Notes: generated by a model not told the origin, from the sequence alone. Shown: positions 45,452-54,892, numbered from the stretch's first letter. The stretch: DNA of 64,000 bases from Candidatus Thalassarchaeaceae archaeon (GCA_029250605.1 JAQXEZ010000004.1:35378-99377); one strand, 5' to 3'. Made by a program: numbers and translations.

Positions 45452-46240
45452 TCAATTATTAACAGTAAAATTTCCAGAATCGTCTATTTCTATACTATCT
45501 CCGTCATTCAATTGGACGATATCAATAGGCAATTCTGGAATTTCGAAACCAGACTTACTATTGGGGGACTTTGCATAGTTGTGAGTAACCAGAACCTTAG
45601 CCTCTGGAAACCTCTCATTGAATGAGACTACATCCGAAGGCCGGTGGTGATGGGGGAAGTCACCAATGTCTGGCATCCCCATCTCCAATATTACCACATC
45701 AACCTTATCAGCCCGACTTTCAATCTCCGGACACGGCCCAGAATCACCACAGTGGAGGAGGCGAAAGCCACTTTCATGTTCCATTTCATATCCATGAGGG
45801 TCTGTCTCGGGAGTGTGATGTACTGGAAACCTGTCATACTTCCATCCTGTGTCTCCAATAATTGCTGACTCCTCTTCATTCCAATTCACTCTACCTTCAA
45901 GAGAATCATCAAGGCTTCCCGGGAACCCCATCTCACAGAGTGTCGACAGATACTTCCTTCCCCTTGGACGAAGATGAACTTCCAAATTCTCCTCCCCATT
46001 GGGATCCGAGAGAAATTTCCTATCTAGAAGTAAGAATGGGAATCCGAAGGAATGATCGCCGTGCCAATGCGTGAAAAGAATATGCTGCAATTGTCCAGGA
46101 GATACACCTACTCTTCTTAGTTGAGTGACAACGGTCGGAGGGGCATCAATTAGGACCCGATTATCAATAAGCGCCAAAGCATGCATTCTTCCTTGAGGGG
46201 AGAAAGCATTCCCAGTGCCGAGGAAGTCTATGCGCGCCAC
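45452..46240 (-). CDS. Metallo-beta-lactamase fold hydrolase
   Basis: 262-aa ORF with the HxHxDH motif FTHWHGDHSFG and downstream His and Asp ligands. Confidence 0.8.
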   Translation of the reverse strand: MARIDFLGTGNAFSPQGRMHALALIDNRVLIDAPPTVVTQLRRVGVSPGQLQHILFTHWHGDHSFGFPFLLLDRKFLSDPNGEENLEVHLRPRGRKYLSTLCEMGFPGSLDDSLEGRVNWNEEESAIIGDTGWKYDRFPVHHTPETDPHGYEMEHESGFRLLHCGDSGPCPEIESRADKVDVVILEMGMPDIGDFPHHHRPSDVVSFNERFPEAKVLVTHNYAKSPNSKSGFEIPELPIDIVQLNDGDSIEIDDSGNFTVNN

Positions 46241-46350
46241 ATGTTCCGACAGGAGTCTTCTGACTTGACCCCATCGTTTGTCGCTGCAGAGTCATTACTC
46301 TACGCATTTGTTCATATATCCTAGTTAAGTCGGAAATATCGGGGATATGG

Positions 46351-47646
46351 ATGGCAGGTAAGTCGACTAAATCTGAGTGGTCTGCTAAGAACCCTTATTT
46401 CACAAATATTACAGAGAATTATGTCCTAAATGGCGAGTCCTCGAAGAAGGAAACCCGGCATATCGTGTTCAATCTGGGAGATTCTGGATTGGCGTACAAA
46501 GCAGGAGATGCACTAGGGGTAGTCCCAAGGTGCCCTCCCGAGATAGTTGAGCAGATGTTGCAGATTTGTGGATTCACAGGGGAGGAAGAGGTAGAAACAA
46601 ACCTGGGACAATGCCCACTAAGGGAAGCATTGACAGATAGATACGAGACTCACCGAGTTTCAAAGAAGTGGCTAAAGGGCATCGCCGAAAGAAAAGGCGA
46701 TTCTCCTGCCAAATTGGAGATGAGAATTGTCTCAAGGAAGCGTTTCTCCTCCCTCAATGGGACGATGATTGTTGACTGGGAATCCATTAGTGAACAAGAC
46801 ATGCCAGAGGGATATGTGGAAATGGGAGAAGTCGGAGATAATTCTGCGATACTATTGCAGGAACTGATCTCAAATAATGATGCAATGGAAGATTACATTT
46901 GGTCTAGAGATTATGTCGATGCATTGGGAGATTTCATTGGTTTTGGCTTCACTCCGCAGCAACTATTGGAAGGGATGGATAGACTGAAACCACGGCTGTA
47001 TTCGATTGCCAGTAGCCCCGATTTTGAGAAGGGAACAGTCCATCTGACTGTGGCAATAGTCAGGTATAACCACCATGAAAGGGATAGGGCTGGACTTTGC
47101 ACTGGATTCATGGCCGATAGATGCGAGATCGACAAAACACAGATTGGAGTTTACATGTCCCCAACACGGTCATTTGTACTCCCAGATGATGGTAGCAAGG
47201 ATGCGATTATGGTTGGCCCGGGAACTGGAATTGCTCCATTCAGAGCTTTCCTTCAGCAGAGAGAGATAAACAAGGATTCGGGTAGGAACTGGCTCTTCTT
47301 CGGAGACTGGACAGAGGAAGGCGAATACCTCTACCGCGATGAGATGGATGCCTGGAAAGAAAGAGGAGTAATTTCGAAACACGACTTGGCTTGGTCACGC
47401 CAAGGATCTGAGAAGGTTTACGTTCAGCATTTGATGAAGAAGAATGGTGAAGAAATATGGAATTGGATTGAAGGCGGGGCATATTTCTACGTTTGTGGTG
47501 ATAAACAGTACATGGCCAAAGATGTCCACTCCACTCTAATTAATATCTGTTCAGAATATGGGGAGATGTCTCCTGAAGAGGCTAAGGATTTCGTTGAGAG
47601 CGGTCTGATGAAATCTGAGAAGAGATATCTGCGAGACATATATTGA
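46351..47646 (+). CDS. CysJ/CPR-like FAD- and NADPH-binding flavoprotein without an FMN (flavodoxin) domain
   Basis: 431-aa ORF with KETRHIVFNL, RLYSIASSP, MVGPGTGIAPFRAF and a C-terminal RYLRDIY. Confidence 0.8.
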   Translation: MAGKSTKSEWSAKNPYFTNITENYVLNGESSKKETRHIVFNLGDSGLAYKAGDALGVVPRCPPEIVEQMLQICGFTGEEEVETNLGQCPLREALTDRYETHRVSKKWLKGIAERKGDSPAKLEMRIVSRKRFSSLNGTMIVDWESISEQDMPEGYVEMGEVGDNSAILLQELISNNDAMEDYIWSRDYVDALGDFIGFGFTPQQLLEGMDRLKPRLYSIASSPDFEKGTVHLTVAIVRYNHHERDRAGLCTGFMADRCEIDKTQIGVYMSPTRSFVLPDDGSKDAIMVGPGTGIAPFRAFLQQREINKDSGRNWLFFGDWTEEGEYLYRDEMDAWKERGVISKHDLAWSRQGSEKVYVQHLMKKNGEEIWNWIEGGAYFYVCGDKQYMAKDVHSTLINICSEYGEMSPEEAKDFVESGLMKSEKRYLRDIY

Positions 47647-47688
47647 GAAGCCGATTCACTCAAACGAAGGTGCACCTAGCATAGTAAT

Positions 47689-49032
47689 GTGTTCCGTCGA
47701 GTACTAGTCTCGAACCGAGGTGAAATTGCTCTTCGAATAGTTAGGTCATTGAGGGGGCTGGGGGTTGAATCAGTCGTCATTCATGGCCGCGAAGATAGGA
47801 TGTCCCTCCCAGTTAGGCTTGCTGACGAGGGATTCTTTATCCCCCGGGAAGATCCACTAGCGTCGTATCTCGATATTGAAGCTATTATCTCTGCCGCGAA
47901 AGAGGTCGGTGCAGACGCGGTTCATCCTGGATATGGTTTTCTTTCTGAGAACGCGACCTTTGCAGAGCGTCTCGATGAAGAAGGAATAACCTTCATTGGT
48001 CCTTCGCCGGACTCGCTTAGGCTTCTGGGGGACAAGATAGCAGCCAGGGAAGCCATGTCAAAGGCCGGAATACCAGTGGCAAAGGGCACCAATGAACCAA
48101 TTTCTGATTTCCAGGAGGCACTAGCACTTGCCTCAGAGATAGGCTTTCCACTTATGATCAAGGCAGCCTCTGGTGGGGGAGGAATAGGCATGCAGGTGGT
48201 CAATGAAGAATCAGAATTCGAATCTGCTCTGAGGCTATGCCAAGGGCGCGCCGAGTCAGCCTTTGGAGACAGCAGAGTCTTCATTGAGGAATACGTCAGC
48301 ACAGCAGAGCATATCGAATTTCAGGTAGTAGGGGACGGTTCGAAAGCCATCCATCTCGGCGAAAGATTCTGTTCCATTCAGAGGCGGCATCAGAAGATTT
48401 TGGAAGAAGGGCCATGGTTGAGCGAGAAAGAAAGAGAGGACATCGGTGCCAAGGTCGTGGCAGGGGCCGAAGCAATCGGTTACAGAGGACTTGCGACATT
48501 TGAGTTCCTGAGAAACTCTGAGGGGGAGTTCTACTTCATGGAGGTGAACCCTAGGGTTCAAGTTGAACATACAGTAACTGAAATGTTAACAGGTATCGAT
48601 CTTGTTTCTCTTGGAATTATCGTTTCTTCTGGGATTGAATTGCCAATAAAACAGGAAGAAGTAATCTGGAGTGGTCATGCAATCCAGGCTCGGATAAATG
48701 CAGAGAACCCAGTAACTCTCGAGCCTTCTCCAGGAAAATTGTGGGAATGCCACTGGCCGGGGGGACCCGGAATCAGAGTCGACTCTCATGGATTTTCGGG
48801 TTATGTAATGCCCGAAGCGTTCGACTCTCTACTTGCCAAAATAATCTCATGGGCTCCAACCAGAAACCAGGCAATAGCAAGACTAGACTCTGCCCTAGAA
48901 GAAACCATACTTCTGGGCGTGGACACACTGATCCCCCTACACAGGGCCATTTTACAGGAACCAGACTTCTTAGAAAAGAAGATTAACACCGACTATCTAG
49001 ATTCGCATGCAGATTTACTGGCTGGTGATTAG
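47689..49032 (+). CDS. accC: Biotin carboxylase (ATP-grasp subunit of a biotin-dependent carboxylase)
   Basis: 447-aa ORF with VLVSNRGEIALRI, HPGYGFLSEN, MIKAASGGGGIGM, EVNPRVQVEHTVTE and KIISWAP. GTG start. Confidence 0.9.
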   Translation: MFRRVLVSNRGEIALRIVRSLRGLGVESVVIHGREDRMSLPVRLADEGFFIPREDPLASYLDIEAIISAAKEVGADAVHPGYGFLSENATFAERLDEEGITFIGPSPDSLRLLGDKIAAREAMSKAGIPVAKGTNEPISDFQEALALASEIGFPLMIKAASGGGGIGMQVVNEESEFESALRLCQGRAESAFGDSRVFIEEYVSTAEHIEFQVVGDGSKAIHLGERFCSIQRRHQKILEEGPWLSEKEREDIGAKVVAGAEAIGYRGLATFEFLRNSEGEFYFMEVNPRVQVEHTVTEMLTGIDLVSLGIIVSSGIELPIKQEEVIWSGHAIQARINAENPVTLEPSPGKLWECHWPGGPGIRVDSHGFSGYVMPEAFDSLLAKIISWAPTRNQAIARLDSALEETILLGVDTLIPLHRAILQEPDFLEKKINTDYLDSHADLLAGD

Positions 49033-49995
49033 TTGGAATTGGTGATCGTAGGTAGTATTGGTTATGATGACATAGAAACTCCAATGTCCACAGGTTCGGA
49101 TATCCTCGGCGGCTCTGCAGTACACGCCGGCGTCTCATCTTCATTCCACCTCCCAGAGACTCCAGAGGGAGTCAGAAGAGTCGGACTAGTAGCGCCAATC
49201 GGCAATGATTTCTCAGATTCTCATCAATCCAAATTAGAAGATTTAGGGCTAGACCTCTCTGGAGTGGAGAAACTACCTGGAAAGACGTTCCGATGGTCAG
49301 GAAGATATTCGGGAACGATGGAGAACGTGGAGACAATTTCAACAGAGGTCAATGTTCTGGGGGACTTCTCCCCCCAAATCCCCGAGCCATGGAGATCCCC
49401 TACTGTCCTTTTCTGCGCCAATACCCATCCAGCATCACAGGTCCTCGTTCTCGATCAGTGCCCTAGCTCGGAGATCACAGCTATTGACACCTTCATGTTG
49501 TGGATTGAAACTGAGTTTGAGTCTCTCTCAACTGCACTTAGAAAGGCAGACTTGGCAATACTCAATGAAGAAGAGGTCTGTGCAATATCCGGTGAAGATT
49601 TCTTCATGAAAGCCATAGGTCCAATTTTGTCCGGTGCCTGCCTCCATGGGGGTGAATCAGCAGGTCGTGGACCTAGTGGCTTGGTTATCAAGAGGGGATC
49701 TTCTGGAGTGTTTGCCCATCTTCCATGTGGGATTATTTCCCTACCCTCTTATCCAATCTCGGAAGTGGTCGATCCAACTGGGTGCGGAGACTCCTTCGCA
49801 GGAGCACTATTGGCCCACATCTCTCAGAGGAAGGGAGTATTGAATGATATTGAATCAATGAGGGACGCAATGGTCCATGCAACGGTCACTTCTTCGTTTA
49901 CAATTCAAGGACTGGGTACTAACAAACTCCAAGGACTCGAAAGGGGACTCTATCATGCGAGAGTGGACAACTTCCGGCGAATAGTCGGCTTGTGA
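49033..49995 (+). CDS. PfkB-family carbohydrate/nucleoside kinase
   Basis: 320-aa ORF with the C-terminal signature DPTGCGDSFAGALLAHI. TTG start directly after the accC stop. Confidence 0.8.
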   Translation: MELVIVGSIGYDDIETPMSTGSDILGGSAVHAGVSSSFHLPETPEGVRRVGLVAPIGNDFSDSHQSKLEDLGLDLSGVEKLPGKTFRWSGRYSGTMENVETISTEVNVLGDFSPQIPEPWRSPTVLFCANTHPASQVLVLDQCPSSEITAIDTFMLWIETEFESLSTALRKADLAILNEEEVCAISGEDFFMKAIGPILSGACLHGGESAGRGPSGLVIKRGSSGVFAHLPCGIISLPSYPISEVVDPTGCGDSFAGALLAHISQRKGVLNDIESMRDAMVHATVTSSFTIQGLGTNKLQGLERGLYHARVDNFRRIVGL

Positions 49996-51615
49996 TTATC
50001 CTAGTCGCCTTAGTCCGGGAAGGGGGTTGGGATCTTCCCTAGAAGAGGTCGGTTTTAGTTGACCGAATCTCAATGAGTCGTTTGATCCATCCGGCAGAAG
50101 TGCCATCTCTTCTACTTCTCCAGATACCCTCTTCACAATTAAATCGAGCTTATCTCTAGCGGTTGAAGGGTGGTTGGCCTTTCGCATTGCATGAACACGT
50201 GATGCGATATCGGCTTGGTGATCTTGATCGCTCCTCAATCTCATATGTTGGGTAGTTTGGAACCTCTCAGTTTCAATGTCATTGATAGGCACTGCGTCTT
50301 TCGCCTCTGAACTTCTAATATTGCCCCCGGGCCTCAGGAGGCGAGAAAGCCAGCCACCCGATATTGCACCTCCCGACTTCACTCCAGTCTGGCTGTTACT
50401 CGACATAGTGGAGGCTAGTCCCTTCAAAGCCGGGTAGTCATCCAAATTAGCAGCTTTCATAGACCTTGGACTATTCAAACCCTGAGTCCGCAACTCTTGT
50501 CTGGCCTTTGCTTCCCTCACTACTCCTGCTTTGCACTCCTCCCTCACCGCTTCTTCAGTTGGAGGTGGAAGCAACGTTCTCGGGAATGGTTCAGAAGGGG
50601 CACCAAATTCCTGATGGGCCCGCTTTATCATCTGAGAACTGGAATGGGACATTTCGGTTGGTTCTGAAACAAGGACCTCGGAATCAAAATCGAAAAGACC
50701 CATGTCATTGGAATTAGAAAATTCTGAGGACGCCCCCGTGTCGAAAATCCCTCCCGGGGAAAACATATCGAGATTCTCTGCAGCATCAGAGAAAGCCGAA
50801 TCCATCCTACTCCCCCTCCTGGAATCAGACTCCTTCTCCTTGTACCAGTTTGGTGCCTCTTTCACTCCCCAAGCTCTCTCGTAGGCATTCTGTTTGAGTG
50901 GATTGGAATCAGTAGAGATCACTTCCGAAGTATCACTAAATGGGGATTCTGGTATCTCTGGCGGTATATGTCTCCCAAATATTTCCGAATCAGAATCGAC
51001 CCCAAATCCGAAAATAGAATCGTGACCCTCCTCAGAATCTATTCCATTTGTCTTGGTGGTCATTGGCAATGCAGCAACTGGTGTTTTCTCAAACTGCCCA
51101 GTGACATCTCTTAGCGTGGGGAAAGTCGGAACATCCGAATCTAGATTTTCTAGACCCAATACGGCCTCTTGCATATCGCTACCATGTCTTACTCTGTCAA
51201 CAATAAGACATAGTTTCAGTAGATTCGACTCACTTCCTGAGACTAAGTGTCTGTCACCAGGGCCAGTTTCAATGGCCAGTATAGAATAACGAGACACAAT
51301 GTTCGAGATAATTATGGATGCACCTAATCCAATCGCTAACCAATTCATCGGTGAGAAAATTGTTGTTACTCCCAGGTATATCGAAATTAGCCCCAGGAGG
51401 ACGGTTCCGGAGGGAAGCATTGGGATCTTGAGGTGCCTCATTCTTTCAATTGCGGCTAAGTCTAGTCTGACTCCTTTACCATCGAATCTTTCTATGGTTA
51501 GCTGACGTTCCGTTATCACTGCACAAAACTTTCCCCTCGCGCCGACTAAGTAGAGGCCGCCGATCAACTCGGCTTCCCTCTTCTTAGTCGGGCCATTAGG
51601 CCCGGCTAATCCCAT
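49996..51615 (-). CDS. Hypothetical membrane protein with a long disordered C-terminal region
   Basis: 539-aa ORF. It has an N-terminal ~60-aa soluble module, two TM helices, then ~380 aa rich in Ser, Pro, Glu and Asp. No family was recognised. Confidence 0.45.
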   Translation of the reverse strand: MGLAGPNGPTKKREAELIGGLYLVGARGKFCAVITERQLTIERFDGKGVRLDLAAIERMRHLKIPMLPSGTVLLGLISIYLGVTTIFSPMNWLAIGLGASIIISNIVSRYSILAIETGPGDRHLVSGSESNLLKLCLIVDRVRHGSDMQEAVLGLENLDSDVPTFPTLRDVTGQFEKTPVAALPMTTKTNGIDSEEGHDSIFGFGVDSDSEIFGRHIPPEIPESPFSDTSEVISTDSNPLKQNAYERAWGVKEAPNWYKEKESDSRRGSRMDSAFSDAAENLDMFSPGGIFDTGASSEFSNSNDMGLFDFDSEVLVSEPTEMSHSSSQMIKRAHQEFGAPSEPFPRTLLPPPTEEAVREECKAGVVREAKARQELRTQGLNSPRSMKAANLDDYPALKGLASTMSSNSQTGVKSGGAISGGWLSRLLRPGGNIRSSEAKDAVPINDIETERFQTTQHMRLRSDQDHQADIASRVHAMRKANHPSTARDKLDLIVKRVSGEVEEMALLPDGSNDSLRFGQLKPTSSREDPNPLPGLRRLG

Positions 51616-51712
51616 CCGATACGCCGAGCGGATTATCCAAGGTATAAGTTCATGGGGGCTTTCCTATTGAAATCCCAATACTTAGGCACGTTTCCTTTTT
51701 TGCCGTTTTCAC

Positions 51713-52171
51713 TCAACGCATGGCGTTCCTTGCTTCATTAGCCATACTCCACATTTCCTTCTCATCATCTGTTTTTGGTTCGAATTGTGGAATCTGAACA
51801 GGCTTCATAGTCTCGTCAATCGCAACCATGAAGAAGAAACCAGAACAGATTTCTTCTCCAACCCATTCCGAACGAGAAAGCCTACAGGAAGTAACATGGA
51901 CACCCACAGTTCTCGGAGACGTCCAAACTATCCTAGATGTCGTCCGAATTATGTCTCCTTGGAAAGCTGGCCTCCTGAACTTCAGAGCATCTACGGAGAC
52001 TGTCACGAAAACCCTGTGTGCGAACTTCGAGGCAACCATTCCAGCAGCAGTATCCATGATGGCCATTAGCCTACCGCCGAACAGGGTATTCAGCGCATTT
52101 GTGTGTCCGGGAAAAACTTCGTCCAGTACTACCACAGGTTCTTCTGAGTATGGCCCATCAATCTTCATCAA
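51713..52171 (-). CDS. Acyl-CoA thioesterase (hotdog fold, YciA-like)
   Basis: 152-aa ORF with NALNTLFGGRLMAIMDTAAGMVA and a single hotdog-domain length. Confidence 0.75.
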   Translation of the reverse strand: MMKIDGPYSEEPVVVLDEVFPGHTNALNTLFGGRLMAIMDTAAGMVASKFAHRVFVTVSVDALKFRRPAFQGDIIRTTSRIVWTSPRTVGVHVTSCRLSRSEWVGEEICSGFFFMVAIDETMKPVQIPQFEPKTDDEKEMWSMANEARNAMR

Positions 52172-52270
52172 TCGTTCTCAGCGAGCCACACTCCTTGAAT
52201 ACTTCAGTTTCAGAACGCAAAAAATGAGGTTTTACCGCTTACTTCAATCGAGCGACCACCTCGGAGAAAC

Positions 52271-53062
52271 ATGGGTGTGCCCGAACTTAGGTGGGAATCC
52301 TCAGTCTTTGATGATCCAAATGGTGGTTCAGTTTTGCTCTGGCCATACCTGCCATGTGTTCGGATGCCTGCAAAGATGCGTCCGAGAGTTTGGGATGGAC
52401 TAGCGCTCCTGTCATCAGCCGATGAGTTGGTTTCTCTGAAGGAGGAGGAGGAGCAGGATAAATCCAGCCCAGGAATTCACATGGAGTCGGCATTGGCATC
52501 GGGAACCACCCTGGGAATGCTTGTCAGAGATCTCTCGGAGCTAGATCTAGAGGGCCCATCTATACCTGATCCGGAGAGGATTAGACTTCTGAGACACGCT
52601 GAAAACTCAAGAGGGGGTATGCCAATTTATGCAATCGAACCAGGAATCGATGATCCCGAATGGGCTGATTGGCAATCAAGATGGGCAGATGAACAGGTCA
52701 GATTCCGAAACCTACTAGCCACACTCGGGAGATCAAGGAGATGGTCAAGGATTAGAAAGGAGTCCATAGAAAAGGTCTATCATTCAATACTAGCAACCCC
52801 AGATCTTGGAGCGGCATCAACTGTATGCGCTGCTTGGTGGGCCGAAGAGTCGATGTGCCTGACTACGGAACTCATCTTTGAGAGAGATTCGAGATTTTCC
52901 TCAAGGATTAGAGGGGCCTTATCCAACCTCAGAGATAGTGGTGGTGACTGGGATGAAGGCGGACCAACTCTACTAGTCCCAATTCAACAGGCTCATGTGC
53001 CCTCATTAGAGAATAGCCTAATTGCCTGTGAGTCTGTCGAGTCACTGGAGATGGAGCGATGA
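52271..53062 (+). CDS. Hypothetical protein, first gene of the TBP-like operon
   Basis: 263-aa acidic, Trp-rich ORF. It overlaps the next gene by 4 nt (ATGA). No family was recognised. Confidence 0.45.
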   Translation: MGVPELRWESSVFDDPNGGSVLLWPYLPCVRMPAKMRPRVWDGLALLSSADELVSLKEEEEQDKSSPGIHMESALASGTTLGMLVRDLSELDLEGPSIPDPERIRLLRHAENSRGGMPIYAIEPGIDDPEWADWQSRWADEQVRFRNLLATLGRSRRWSRIRKESIEKVYHSILATPDLGAASTVCAAWWAEESMCLTTELIFERDSRFSSRIRGALSNLRDSGGDWDEGGPTLLVPIQQAHVPSLENSLIACESVESLEMER

Positions 53063-53580
53063 GCGGTGTCGAAATAGAAATCGAGACCCAGTCTTTTCGA
53101 GTCATTCCCTCCGAACCAGTCAATCTAACCGACGCTGTGAAGTTCGCAGGAGCCAGGAGCAACGGCGCATTTGGAGTAATTGAACACGAGGAACCTAGGG
53201 CCCTAATTGTTGTAGACATCGACGGGTCATTGTTGATTCACGGCATCTCCAATTTAGAGGCCGCTTCGTTAATCGCCAAGGAGACTCTACTCAGAATCGG
53301 CATCTCCGAAAGTGGCCTTGTGATAGAAAGAGGTGAAGTGCTTGCCAGCTTCTCAGTTGGGAGGGCTGTATTGATTGGCTTGGCAGCCGAGAGATTCAAG
53401 GATGCAGATTACGATTTGAGACTAGATGCACTTCGGATCGTCGCAAAGAGGCACAACTGCACAATACTGCTTTTCAACAATGGTCGCGGTATCGTGATGG
53501 GGCAGTCATCTCGAAAGGTCGCTGAAATGGCAGTCTCGCACTGGGTATCAGAATTGTCCGAAGAAGGCGCCTTGGCGTGA
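53059..53580 (+). CDS. Highly divergent TATA-box-binding-protein-fold (two-repeat TBP-like) protein
   Basis: 173-aa ORF built from two ~80-aa repeats. Each follows the strand-helix-strands-helix pattern of TBP. ALIVVDIDGSLLIHGISNLEAASLIAKETLLRIG and CTILLFNNGRGIVMGQSSRKVAEMAVSHWVSEL parallel the canonical LLIFSSGK.V.TGAKS....A..K....L segments. Confidence 0.5.
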   Translation: MSGVEIEIETQSFRVIPSEPVNLTDAVKFAGARSNGAFGVIEHEEPRALIVVDIDGSLLIHGISNLEAASLIAKETLLRIGISESGLVIERGEVLASFSVGRAVLIGLAAERFKDADYDLRLDALRIVAKRHNCTILLFNNGRGIVMGQSSRKVAEMAVSHWVSELSEEGALA

Positions 53581-53584
53581 GAAA

Positions 53585-54469
53585 ATGCTGGCTGATGGGA
53601 AGTGGACTGGGCCCATCTTCGACCAACATATGCATTTGGATAGGGCCAATCGATTTCTGGATGCAGTTTCTGATTTCTCAAAATCAGGAGGAACAGCCAT
53701 TATGCTGGTCCACAAACCAGCATTCTCCAAGTCTTTGCCTACTGATTCCCAAGGATACAGGGAAGCCTACTCAGAAACAATCTCAATGGCAGAGGAAATT
53801 CGTAGAAATTTCGACTTAGAGGTTGGTGTAGTTCTCGGACCTCATCCAGTCTCTTGGGAGAATCAGATTGCAGAGTTGGGTCTTAAGAAATCTACAGAAC
53901 TTCATCTGGAAGCAGTCTCATTGGCATTGGAACACATCGATTCTGGAACTGCTCATTGCCTCGGAGAAGTGGGACGCCCTCACTACCCTGTCGTTGAGGA
54001 GACATGGGAGGCAGCAAATGAAATGCTCCTCGAAATATTGTCAATGGCATCTTCTGCAAAGACATCGGTCCAACTTCACGTTGAGGATAATGGCGAGGGC
54101 ACCTGTCAAGAATTGAGTCAGATATGCAGATCAGCAGGTCTCCCACTAGATCGTGCAATTAGGCACTATGCACCTCCAAATATCAGCTCAGAATTCACAC
54201 ATGGACTCTCAGCTACCGTCAATGTCGGCAAGGGGAGTATTGCAACTCTCACCGAAACAGCTGGCAGATCCAGTGCTCCTTGGGGGATGGAGACCGACTT
54301 CCTAGACGATAGGAATAGGCCAGGAGCAGTATTGGGTCCGAAGACGGTCCCAAAAAGAACTCAAGATTTGGTCTTCAGCCTTCTTTCCTCTGGGTGGGAA
54401 GAACCCAAGGTTGAATCTCTGATTCAGAACATCCATTCAGATTGGCCAAAATCACTCTATGGCCTCTGA
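53585..54469 (+). CDS. TatD-related metal-dependent hydrolase (TIM-barrel, COG1099-like)
   Basis: 294-aa ORF with FDQHMHL near the N-terminus, LGEVGRPHYP and VQLHVED metal-ligand-like motifs. Confidence 0.6.
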   Translation: MLADGKWTGPIFDQHMHLDRANRFLDAVSDFSKSGGTAIMLVHKPAFSKSLPTDSQGYREAYSETISMAEEIRRNFDLEVGVVLGPHPVSWENQIAELGLKKSTELHLEAVSLALEHIDSGTAHCLGEVGRPHYPVVEETWEAANEMLLEILSMASSAKTSVQLHVEDNGEGTCQELSQICRSAGLPLDRAIRHYAPPNISSEFTHGLSATVNVGKGSIATLTETAGRSSAPWGMETDFLDDRNRPGAVLGPKTVPKRTQDLVFSLLSSGWEEPKVESLIQNIHSDWPKSLYGL

Positions 54470-54679
54470 GCCAAATCTCTTTATCGGTGGTGTAAAAATC
54501 ATCAATAGTCCAATTACAAGCATAATTATTGAGATTCCTAGGAACCGTAATTCCCCAATTGGCGATACGCCCTGGGATTCCATCAACATCCTCAATATGG
54601 GTCCGTTAATTGGAAGGAAAAATAACACTAAAAAAACTCCAAGCATTTGTCTTAGATTCACAAATATCCGTGTAGGCAC
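54452..54679 (-). CDS. Possible small two-TM membrane protein
   Basis: 75-aa ORF with two clear hydrophobic helices in the 275-nt gap before the tRNA. The region is T-rich, so it could be a chance ORF. Confidence 0.3.
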   Translation of the reverse strand: MPTRIFVNLRQMLGVFLVLFFLPINGPILRMLMESQGVSPIGELRFLGISIIMLVIGLLMIFTPPIKRFGSEAIE

Positions 54680-54743
54680 ACGCTTTTCAAGTCATTCAGT
54701 AAACCGAATCGATTTAGAGATGACAGGTGCCCGCTGAGCACAA

Positions 54744-54818
54744 GCGCCTGTAGTGAAGGGGTTATCACAAGAGGTTTCCAACCTCTTGTCCCGGGTTCGA
54801 ATCCCGGCGGGCGCACCA
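54744..54818 (+). tRNA. tRNA-Gly (anticodon UCC), genomically encoded CCA
   Basis: Hand-folded cloverleaf: acceptor GCGCCTG/CGGGCGC, D-arm GTGA..TCAC, anticodon arm AGAGG-TTTCCAA-CCTCT, T-arm CCGGG-TTCGAAT-CCCGG, then discriminator A and CCA, followed by a T-rich tract. Confidence 0.9.
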
Positions 54819-54892
54819 TTTTCTTTCTTATGCAATAACAAATCGTAAATTAGGACTGAAGCATTGAAACGCCCCTTGCCTTTGGAAAGCCT

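Noticed and set aside
51828-52403. 191-aa plus-strand ORF overlapping the thioesterase gene
   Set aside because: It is antisense to a clear hotdog-fold thioesterase and runs into the start of the next supported gene. No motifs were seen.
54459-54737. 92-aa plus-strand ORF between the TatD-like gene and the tRNA
   Set aside because: Its translation is not protein-like (Asn/Ile/Arg-rich with no structure pattern), and it runs up to the tRNA gene. The opposite-strand 75-aa two-TM ORF is the more plausible gene, though still weak.
54744-54818. tRNA-Gly as an integration hotspot for a mobile element
   Set aside because: I saw no integrase, recombinase or phage/plasmid gene nearby. By eye there is no second copy of the tRNA 3' half (GGTTCGAATCCCGGCGGGCG) elsewhere in the window.
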